Of a stretch of 34,931 nt of DNA, positions 20,901 through 30,800 are shown in pieces (the stretch's first letter is position 1; each line of letters begins with the position of its first letter). A model generated the notes under the pieces. That model worked only from the letters and a program-made list of their open reading frames with translations, searched no databases and was not told the origin of the DNA. The position numbers and the translations under genes are program-made. The DNA comes from Candidatus Hydrogenedentota bacterium. Lineage in GTDB: Bacteria; JBFMHD01. Location of the stretch: positions 1 to 34,931 of the forward strand of contig JBFMHD010000004.1 in assembly GCA_040752395.1 (NCBI GenBank), written 5' to 3'.

Positions 20901-23900
20901 TAGCTGGGATAGTAGTGATTCATTTGTAGCTGTGCTTATCTATAACGCATCTGATACTCGATGGGATACTAATACTATCTCGTTCCAGTTCAATGGTATC
21001 AGTGATACTTTTATTGTTACTGTAGATGCTACTTCTACACCAGATGATAACGATACTCTGCAATTCAGTATTACTGTTTATACAGTTGATGCTATAGATG
21101 CCGAATCAGGTCCTGCAATAGCAGTAACCAATAACAATTATTTTTCGTTCTCAAGTTTACAGCCTTTGCAGGTCTCTAAAAATGAAGAGATAGATTCGAG
21201 CCTTGTTGGCAGAAATGATACTAATATAACAGTTATAGCTATCCGTATAACAAGCCCTGTTGGACCTGATACACTCACATATTTTACAATCTTAAACCTT
21301 GGCAATATGGATAACGGCGATGTTGATACAGTTACCTTATGGATAGATGCGAATAGTGATTCGAGATGGAGCTCTTCTGACACTTTTGTAGCAAACCTTT
21401 CTTATACCTCACCGGATACCTGGTCAAGCGTTGTAGATGTATATATGTCAGCTGGTAGTATGGATTTTGTTGTAACTATCTCAACGAGTGATACCGCAGA
21501 TTTTGGTGATACGTTCCAGGCTCAAATACCTATTAATGGCTGTGGTGCATCGCTCGCTGATAGTGGACCACTTACTACCGCTGTCACCAGCCTCGGTATC
21601 ATAACACTTGATACTTATGCTAATATCTCTTTACTTATAACTGAGGTGATAATCGATGGTAATGATGCAGTTGAGATTTATTGTCTTGATGACGGGAATA
21701 GCGGACTGGGAGCTGATATCTCAGGTTGGTTCATTAATGATATGGACGGTGGTGTGGATAAAGTTATAGGAGATACTGATAATAATGAAAGTAAAGACAC
21801 CCAGGTTATTATCAAAACTGGAGAATTTTTAGTTATTGATGGTTTAACTGGTACAGATGAAAGCGTAGCAGGACCCGATGGTATAATTTCTCTTCACAAT
21901 GCCGGGAACTGGGTCACTGATGGTGATGACCAGGTCGTGTTATATTCGCCTGATACAGCTATTAAAGACGCTGTATGCTTCTCTACAAGAGGTGGTTCTC
22001 TAGCATCAGGTGAAGATAATGATATGAATACGCTTTTTGCTAATAATCAATGGTCACCTTCTTATGCAACAGAAAACAATTGTGTCAACCCGATTAACAC
22101 CTCTGATTTCCCTGCTGATTATTCAATAGCTCGAGCATGGCCTCCATCTGATACAGCCAATACCCGCGATGAATGGTCGGTTGATGCAACCCCAAGCACA
22201 GGCGCCATTAATACCGCAGAAAATCCTATAACTATCCCTGCTGATGTTGTGATGTTGGACATAGCTGATGTCCCTGATGATCTTGGCGGCAATCTAATAA
22301 TAACATGGACACCTGATACCAGTTATCCTGATTTTGACCACTATAATATTTATGTAAGTACCGCAGCAATAACTGACATCCGTAACTCGGTTATAATACC
22401 TTCCTCTACACAAACCGATTCTTCAGTGGGCGAATATACTGCCTCAGGCCTTACTAATGGTGATTCTTATTATGCTGCTGTCACAATCGTGGATATTTAT
22501 GGGCACGAGGATAGAGTGGTTACAGATACAGGGCCTGCTGCACCAATTAAAAATGTTGTTGACACACCTATTATACTGATTACAGAAATAATGGCATGGA
22601 ACACTGGTGGTTATGATACAATCGAGCTCCTTGTTATCTATGATGGTAACCCATCAGGCGGCTTAAATCTATCCGGATATCGGTTATATGAAGATAATTA
22701 TATAAAAACATTTGGAAACAGCACAGTACATGACAGCGTTTATATCCTTGTGCAGTTAAATGTTTCTGCTACTGATGATTCTGACACATCAGGTGATAAT
22801 ATATTAAATGTTTATTCAACCGAGGCTGGTTTAACAGGAACAGATGAATCTATGTTTTTATTTGATCCGGCTGGCAGAATAGTAGATTTTGTCTGGTGGG
22901 CTAATAGAAGTGGCTCGGTCACCTCACTTGAACAGTCTGATATCCAGATGGCAATTGATTCTGGTGCCTGGAAAGGCCTGGTACGAGAAAATAACGCAGT
23001 GAATCCTATTTCTGGTTCATCATTCCCTGACTCGTGTTCCCTGACACGGCGAGCTGGTGGTGCTTTTGATTCTGACTCTTATGTGGATTGGGTTGTTGAT
23101 ACAACCCCGACACCTGGCTATGCTTCAGATGTACCTGAACAAGCGTTCACACCACCATCACCAATAACTAACATAAACGCCTATGATGTGATACTTGACC
23201 AGGGTTCGAACATATTACTTAAGTGGGATACTGTCACTATATCTGGTTTTGACCATTACAATATTTATGTTTCAACCGCGGCTTTTACAAATATCACAAA
23301 TACTGACTCAGTACCATTTGACACAGTAGATACTTATACCCAGGGCTGGTACAGGGTCTATGGTCTTAACCCGAGTTTAAACTATTATTTTGCTGTTTCA
23401 GCTGTTAATATCTACGGTGCTGAGGACAATAATCTTTCTTCCACCGGACCCACATCACCAATCGATAATATTCCAGGAACAATTAAAGTAATAATTAATG
23501 AGGTTGCGTTCAATGGTGGTGGTGGTGGTTTCGCTGATGACTGGATCGAGCTTTTTATACTTGATGATGGTAATAACAATCAAGGTTGCAATCTTGCAGG
23601 CTGGTATATTGGCAATAACGGACATACCAGCGGTTCTATCTTCAAAGCATTTGGCAGTAATGAGAATGCGTCTGCAATAGTTGATTCAGGTTGTTATGTT
23701 TTGATCCATTTCAATTCGAGTACTATTGATGAAGAAGATACGATGGATGGTGATGCAGATGGTGTGCTTGAGGTCTATACCACCTCGAGCGGTTTACCAG
23801 GAGGCGGGAGTACTGATGATAATTTATCACTCTATGGTGATTCCAGCGCTATCGAAGACTTTGTCTGTTATGGTGATACAGGAACTTTCAGTTCAGGTGA

Positions 23901-24531
23901 AGATGATGATTTACAAAACTACGGCATAAATACAGGAAATTGGAATGATTATGCACCAGCAGGCGCAGATACTACTGACCTCGTTTTTACTCTATATATA
24001 GGTTCAAGCCAATCAATCGCACGCATACCTAACGCCTCGGATACAGATGATAAAGCTAACTGGCAGATAGATTCTACACCAACACCTGGAGCATTAAACC
24101 AGATTACTGTGACTTATAATGTTTCTGGTTATGTTATACTTGAGGCTCGGGCTTATGGCTCTGATACAGGTTGTACTGTATGGGTTACAACAGGTTCTGA
24201 AACATATATCGCAACTACCAATGCTTATGGCACTTTCACCATAACAGGCGTACCTGCTAATACCTATACCTTATATGCAAAAGAATCTCATCATTTAAGA
24301 AGGATTAAACTCAATGTAGTTGTCAATTCTGATACAGACATAGGACTTGTCGGTACATTGCTCGCTGGTGATGCTAATAACGATAATTACATCAATTTAC
24401 TCGATGGTTCTATAATAAAGATTGGTATGAGTACAGGTTACAGAGCTGATGCTGATATAGATGGTGATAATGATAATGATCAGTCAGACTTGCAATGGGT
24501 GCGTAGAAACTTTGGTGACATAGGACAATAA
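17902..24531 (+). CDS. Giant secreted protein: cohesin-like, five lamin-tail domains, Ig/FN3-like repeats, dockerin-like (P2)
   Basis: SD GGGAG and signal peptide; ITLEVWVN..INGVEIHLSYDPAILQL; five LTD starts (LLISEI, PVISQV, LLITEV, ILITEI, VIINEV); GDANNDNYINLLD..ADIDGDNDNDQSD. Confidence 0.8.
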   Translation: MIKRTIFILGFLLLYPHLGYASTLRIVSPSDTDVFDTYGTIVDDSGMVDDYITLEVWVNALDTDINGVEIHLSYDPAILQLQDVGGDSFPADSPGIQIWEDHSQLGDILVNISSGDTIDYSSLTNADSIKLDVRVCTMLFKILSYTETTVIGWDFDEANNRVSRVTEADSGSNVLTAVDSGIITIQQNNTGDSHLLISEILYDGVGSPDEEYIEIYNPRNDTVILTNYYLSDAMDTYFSLPEDTPTVSSGDFIVRFPQSTFIAPRDTILIAINSSDFNTVYPGLHPDFEINQDGNSDNVSDMVIIESSGTISLSNTGEGVVMFYWNGVTDLVYDVDIVVFEDITYVPDKTGYSQDGPDIGTETSTYKTDDTSAYTLASNSATGQSQTRIDVNEDNETRLNGNGITGNDETTEKLSLSFNGTASPTPYHDDLIAYKTGDYSGYFTDGETSVEVLQFYLAPASFIDDTLVQLTLRNLGNMDDTDVDTVSLYIDADKSLTLSSPDTFLGYLTWNQGSSVWETTSASIYIPQSGETILVILDISDSVSNADTFRAQIDTWALRMTTSDSGPFVAITNANDLTAVVGQLLVSKNTDVPINYFIPGSTNITIASLYIRGSTSGDTLTKFTIRNIANLDTQYITAVKLYADADASYTYSAPDTFVALLLYDTFNLWFDTDTIQYPLAGAGSNFVVTIDVSISAIYERDSFVAQVVANECSGVIATPGPNTNVTNAYGQILVNPPGIATHPVISQVYPNDATGNNNGLFIELYNPTDTAVDISGWTIREDNNNLVFTIGNVTLQPGQYYLIGDRDYVTESDNSQWPAADTLTSTTIGWSVTNDGIYLADTTKRIIDAVGWGSPASSNNYESDPATAGNGVSIMRRSAYGATSTEMLIGGRRWVQGRGYDSFNNAYDFLSISDTTLIEPKNSSYRREFPDSWIVTVTKTADPGPATIYSNDTKVTVMAIGITGDTDNDNLTIFSVKNIGSADTQSISKVEVWKDNNLNNSWDSSDSFVAVLIYNASDTRWDTNTISFQFNGISDTFIVTVDATSTPDDNDTLQFSITVYTVDAIDAESGPAIAVTNNNYFSFSSLQPLQVSKNEEIDSSLVGRNDTNITVIAIRITSPVGPDTLTYFTILNLGNMDNGDVDTVTLWIDANSDSRWSSSDTFVANLSYTSPDTWSSVVDVYMSAGSMDFVVTISTSDTADFGDTFQAQIPINGCGASLADSGPLTTAVTSLGIITLDTYANISLLITEVIIDGNDAVEIYCLDDGNSGLGADISGWFINDMDGGVDKVIGDTDNNESKDTQVIIKTGEFLVIDGLTGTDESVAGPDGIISLHNAGNWVTDGDDQVVLYSPDTAIKDAVCFSTRGGSLASGEDNDMNTLFANNQWSPSYATENNCVNPINTSDFPADYSIARAWPPSDTANTRDEWSVDATPSTGAINTAENPITIPADVVMLDIADVPDDLGGNLIITWTPDTSYPDFDHYNIYVSTAAITDIRNSVIIPSSTQTDSSVGEYTASGLTNGDSYYAAVTIVDIYGHEDRVVTDTGPAAPIKNVVDTPIILITEIMAWNTGGYDTIELLVIYDGNPSGGLNLSGYRLYEDNYIKTFGNSTVHDSVYILVQLNVSATDDSDTSGDNILNVYSTEAGLTGTDESMFLFDPAGRIVDFVWWANRSGSVTSLEQSDIQMAIDSGAWKGLVRENNAVNPISGSSFPDSCSLTRRAGGAFDSDSYVDWVVDTTPTPGYASDVPEQAFTPPSPITNINAYDVILDQGSNILLKWDTVTISGFDHYNIYVSTAAFTNITNTDSVPFDTVDTYTQGWYRVYGLNPSLNYYFAVSAVNIYGAEDNNLSSTGPTSPIDNIPGTIKVIINEVAFNGGGGGFADDWIELFILDDGNNNQGCNLAGWYIGNNGHTSGSIFKAFGSNENASAIVDSGCYVLIHFNSSTIDEEDTMDGDADGVLEVYTTSSGLPGGGSTDDNLSLYGDSSAIEDFVCYGDTGTFSSGEDDDLQNYGINTGNWNDYAPAGADTTDLVFTLYIGSSQSIARIPNASDTDDKANWQIDSTPTPGALNQITVTYNVSGYVILEARAYGSDTGCTVWVTTGSETYIATTNAYGTFTITGVPANTYTLYAKESHHLRRIKLNVVVNSDTDIGLVGTLLAGDANNDNYINLLDGSIIKIGMSTGYRADADIDGDNDNDQSDLQWVRRNFGDIGQ

Positions 24532-24562
24532 GAGTCGTGAGTCGTGAGTCAATGGAAAGATA

Positions 24563-24823
24563 ATGAACATAACAAAGTTTGAAGAAATTAAAGCATGGCA
24601 GATAGCAAGAAATATAGTGAATACAATTTACAAAATAACTCACAGCTATCATTTTGATAAGGATTTTACTCTTCGTGAGCAAATAAGGCGTGCCGGCATA
24701 TCAGTTATGTCAAATATTGCAGAAGGTTTTGATCGTGGCAGCGACAAAGAATTCGTTCATTTCTTATTTATTGCCCGTGGATCTATATCAGAAATTAAAT
24801 CTCAAGACTCAAGACTCTTATAG
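24563..24823 (+). pseudogene. Four-helix-bundle (IVP/TIGR02436-like) protein, C-terminally truncated
   Basis: FEEIKAWQ..QIRRAGISVMSNIAEGF..FLFIARGS.SEIKSQ, then runs into a gactcaa tract and stops at 86 aa, without the last helix. Confidence 0.8.
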
Positions 24824-24828
24824 AATTT

Positions 24829-27800
24829 ATGAAACGAGAAACATGGTATAAACTTTTTTCTATATTATTTCTTTTAGTGATTGGATTCTTTCTTGTTAAT
24901 GACAGAGACCTTGAGGCTGTTAGAGAAATCCGGATAGTCGCAGAGACCGATACCGCAGGCGCTAATATACTTGATAAATGGGTTCGAGCCGGCGATACTT
25001 TTACGCTTGAACTCTGGATTGAAACAGATACAAATATTAACGGTGTGGCAGCATATCTACTCTACGAAGCTAATAAATTGAATTTAATAGGTACCGGTTT
25101 TACAAAAGACACTACAATCTTCGGAGATACTGCTTTATTAGACACCGGGTTTGATTATGGTGGTTCTTCGGATACAATGATCTATGCGATATTAACCACT
25201 GCTGATTCGCTTGCTATGAATTCATCTGCAAGGGTTTGTACTTTAACTCTTGCAGCAACTTTTAATGAAGATACAGGGATAATCGGGTTCAATCTTGATT
25301 ATACTAATAACAAAGCCTCAATGATAGCGAGTATATATGCAACAGATGTTCTGAATTCTCTTGATTCTGGTGTTATACGTATCGATGCAACACCACCTAA
25401 AGATACTTTTATATTAATATCACCAATAGATGGCGAAACACGAGTCCAGGGTAGTATCCAGTTTGTATGGCAAACAACTTATGATACTGGTTCCGGGCTC
25501 TCTCACTGGGTTTTAGAATATGATACTGATTTAACTGATTCGTTTAACCCGTCGCTTTATCGTGTCTATACCTCTGATTCGGTCTGTACTTATACGCCTG
25601 CTATTAATTTTACTATCGGCACCTGGGTCTGGCGGGCCGCGGCAGTTGATGAGGTCGGGAATACCTCATCCTGGTCACTGCCTGAAACCTTTGTGGTAAT
25701 ATTACCAACAACACCACAGGTCTATATTGATTCACCTACTGGCTATGTCCCTACTAATGATACACCGTTTTATGTTGCTGGCAGTACCTTAAATACCCAG
25801 GCTGGTGATACTGTGAGAATCAGAGTAAATGGGATAATACAGGATACAAAAATTTTGAGTATTGCAAATGATACGTTCGCTTTTGATACTGTCTCATTAA
25901 GTCCCGGTTATGACACGATTATTGTCGAGTTAATAGACTCCCAGGGTGTTGTAATTGACTCGGACTATGTTGTTGTTGAATACAATGATTCTGTCTATGT
26001 GATAATTCAGATACCGGTTCCATCAGGCTTTAGTTATGATACGAATTATTGTACTGTTACTATCTCTGGCACTGCTGGCGATGTAGAGAATGGCGACTCT
26101 ATCTATCTTTATCGTAACAATATTATTCAAAACACTTACTCTCTCACAGGGAATAGTTGGTCAGGCACTGTGACTTTATCAGGTTTAGGTGATTCGATTG
26201 TCGTAAAAGTGAAAGATAGATTTGGTAACATTGATTATGATACCATAACAATAAATTACGATACACTTGCTTCTATAGAAATATTATCACCAATTAACCC
26301 TGATACCAGAATTGATACAGTGATAATATCCGGAACAGTTGCGGATGTTCTGCCAGGTGATACTGTCTGGTTATATGTAAATGGGGTTCTTACTGATTCA
26401 AAAGTATTAACAGATACTACCTGGAGTTGCACAGCTTATCTTAAAGGTATGGGTGATTCTGTGGTTGCAAAACTTACTGATAGATATGGCAACATTGCAT
26501 GGGATACAATTACTCTTAATTTAGATACAACACCGCCTACGACTGTAACACTTTTATCTCCACCAGATGCAACTGAGACAAGGTTTACTGCTATTACTTT
26601 TATCTGGGTTACCTCAATTGACACGCAATCAGGTCTTTTTGAGCATCGACTCCAGGTCGATACACTTGGAACATTTGCTTATTTTATCTATGATTCATCT
26701 GCTGGCACAGGAACAAGCGGGATTTTAACTTTAGCTGCAAATGATACCTTCTACTGGCGTGTATTAGCAATAGATGATGCAGGCAATACCTCTGTAAGTA
26801 ATACAAGAACGATACTTATAGATACTATCATTCCCCCAAAACCCACTATTATATCACCTGCAAATAATACAGAGACCAGAGCTCAACCTGTGTATTTTGA
26901 TTGGACTGACATTATTGATACAACCTCAGGTTTAAACAGGTATCATATCCAGATAGAGATAAGCGGAGTAGTTGTAGTTGATTCTGATGTGACAACCTCG
27001 GATACAAGCATTACCTTAAATGAAGAGACTTATTACTGGCGAGTGGTTGCGATAGATGATGCAGGCAATACCTCGGGATACACTGATTCATCGCTCGTTA
27101 TTATTGATAGAACAGCACCTGTTATTTGGGTCGTATTAATCGAAACATCAGATTCGCGTTATTTTACTGATAGCGGTGGTATAGATACAACTCTTTTAAG
27201 TGATACTGTATATTTTAACAACACAGGTGCTGGTGATGGTCAGCGTGATACAGTTCAATTGACTGTTAGTGGCGCTGATACAGTTATATTCGAGGAGCAT
27301 TTTGGTGATACAACTTTTTATGATACCCAGACACCATATCTCTATGCTTATACTATTGAAATAGGATACGCCGATACAATGATGATTATAATCGCTCGTG
27401 ATAACGCAGGGAATGAAGATTCTGTAACAATCTGTTGGATACGCGATATTACGCCGCCACCACCTGTCTCTTTAGTTACACCATTAGATGGCCAGATAAC
27501 CGGCGACACTACCCCTTCCTTCACCTGGAACCAAACAACAGATACTCAATCAGGAACAAAAGTATATTTAATCGAAATAGCTACTGATAATCTATTTACT
27601 AATAATATAGAAACCTCATTTATATATACGACATCTTATACTTCTTCGGGTCTTGATAGTGGGACGTATTACTGGCGAGTTATCGCTTATGATACGGTCT
27701 CAAATTATGATACGCTATCTTGCGAAACAAGGACATTAAGAATCGATACAAGTTTCCCGTATATAACAGCGATTACTATAATATCTTCAGTCCCATCATA

Positions 27801-30800
27801 TTTTTATGATGATACACCTATTCAACCCTCGATACTCGGCGATACTGTTTATTTTAACCCTACGTATCTTGGTGCAAACCAGATGAATACAATCACTGTT
27901 TATGTTTATGATGATAATGAAGATACTGTTACTGGTTCATCTGCATTTATTGTTATTGCCGGGATTGACACAGGCTTGAATGAAGATTCGTATACACTGG
28001 TTTATCAAATCCCTCAGGATACAATCTCACAGAGCATAACTATTGTAGCATTGGACCTATTAGGTTACTCAGATACAGTTGTTGTATTCTTTGTAAAAGA
28101 TACTTCTCCACCGCTGGAACCACAAAGAATATCCCCTTCAAGTGGGGTTGAAACAAATGCGGTTAATATCACTTTTAGCTGGACAACATCATCAGATACA
28201 GGTGCGGGTTTATCAAGATACAGGTTACAGATTGATACTGCAGGAACTTTTGTAAATAATTTAGTTGATTCGTATAACGGACTGCTTACATCAACAAGTG
28301 TATTACTTCCACCTAATGACACCTATTACTGGCGAGTTATAGCTATAGATTTAGTCTCTAATACTGGTGCGATGCTAACAGATTCTGTGATTATAGATAC
28401 CTCGTTCCCTGATACACCACGACTTCTATTACCAATTCTGGGATATGAAACAAACGTTGTGGCTATTACTTTCAGATGGGATACTGCTTGTGATTCTGTT
28501 TCTGGTTTATCCGGTTATAGAATCCAGATAGACACTTCAAACACGTTTGCATCACTTAAAATAGATACCTATCTTGGGAATAGAACAGATACAACACTTT
28601 CTTTAATCCCGAATGATACTTATTACTGGCGGATTATTGCAATAGATGATGTTGGTAACACTTCAGTCTCTTCTGATTCGTACCTAATTATTGACACTTT
28701 ATCACCAACCGTACCTTCTCTGGTTTCGCCAGCGAGCAGTCTCTGTACTAATGCGATAGCTGTAACTTTTGACTGGGACACATCTTATGATACAGGTTCA
28801 GGGCTTTCTTATTACAAGATACAGATTGATACCTCAGGTAATTTTACTACTTTAATATTTGATACACAGATTATAACCAGAACCGATACAACCTTGAGTT
28901 TACAGCCAAATGATACCTATTACTGGCGCATCATTGCTTTTGATGATGTGGGTAACACAAGCTCAAGCCAAACAAGGTTTATAATAATCGATACCCAGCC
29001 GCCGACAACTGTTACTTTACTTAATCCACCTGATCCTACAGAGACCACACAAACCACAATAAATTTTACCTGGACAGCATCAGCTGATACTATCTCCGGG
29101 TTGGCCGGATATTATTTACAGATAGATAGCTCTGGTAATTTTATCAGTCCGGATACAAGTATATTCACAATTTCAACCACGGGTACGTATACTTTTACAG
29201 TCTATGATACTTATTACTGGCGTGTCTTATCAATAGACACAGCTTCTAATATATCGATCTCATCAACATCTACTCTAATCATTTCTGTTCCTGATACAGC
29301 GCCGCCTGAGACACCTGTCTTAATCTCTCCAATCGGCTCTACCGAGACAAATGTTATACCTGTATTATTTATCTGGTCAGACACAGCAGCATCTGAACCT
29401 GATTTTGACCATTATACTATTCAAATCGATACTGCTTCGAATTTTATAAATTTAGTTTTCAGTGGTGACACTAATAACTCTGAGACATCCTATATTTTAG
29501 TTTATAGTGATACTTATTACTGGCGGGTAATAGCCTATGATTCCTCAAATAATGCAAGCACATCAACAATAGGGGTCTTTATTTTTGATAGAACCGCACC
29601 GAATATCCCGCAATTATTCAGTCCCAGTAATGGGGCAAACACTACTACACTTGTCATTACTTTTGACTGGAATGATGTATATGACACTCACTCGGGTCTA
29701 AAAAACTATGTTTTATACATTGATAATGATTCAGGTTTTGCTGTGCCTGATTTTGTAGATACCGAAACTCAATCAGGGACCACAATAACTTTCGGGACTG
29801 CTGATACTTATTACTGGAAGGTCTATGCTTATGATGACCTGAATAATACTTCTGTCTCTGCTGTTTATTCATTTGCTATTACTACTGTTGATACCCAGGC
29901 ACCGACAGCGTTTACTCTGACATCACCTGCAAATGGTATTGAAACCAGAATATTAACAATAACTTTTAGCTGGCAGAACTCATTTGATGATACAAGTCCA
30001 CCAGTAACGTATAGATTGCAGATAGATACAGAGCCAACTTTTACCGATTTACTCGTTGATACCTACTGGCTTACTGAAACATATACCACCTACAATTTTA
30101 CAGGTAGCGATACTTTATACTGGCGTGTTATCGCAAGAGATAATGTAGGTAATACAACTGTTTCTACCGAAACAAGATATTTAATAGTAGACACACTCGC
30201 ACCAGCAATACCACAACTTTTTTCACCGATTAATAACGCAGGAACAAGTGTGTTTATAATAACATTTGATTGGAGTGATGTATCTGATAGTCATTCTGGT
30301 TTTGCGTTTTATGTATTATATGTTGACAATGACTCGACTTTTGCATCACCGACTTTTGTAGGAACCGGAACAATATCAGGAACCACTGTATCATTTGGAA
30401 CTTCTGATACTTATTACTGGAAAGTCTATGCTTATGATGATTTAAACAATACCTCTGTCTCAATTGTAGAAACTTTTTCTATAACGATAACTGATACAAC
30501 ACCGCCATCAGCATTTAGTCTGCTCATCCCGTCTAACGGTTATATAACAAAAAATCCGTTAGTAGTTTTTACCTGGTGGCCTTCTACTGATGATACAAGC
30601 CCTCCAGTCTCTTACCGAGTCCAGATAGATACTGAAAATACATTTAATGGCTTGCTTCTTGATACTTACTGGCTGTCAGCCAATAATCTGAATTATACAT
30701 TTTCAAGCAGTGACACATTATACTGGCGTGTCATAGCAAAAGATAATGTTGGTAACACAACCCCATCCAATGAAACGTGGTATCTAATTGTAGATATAAC

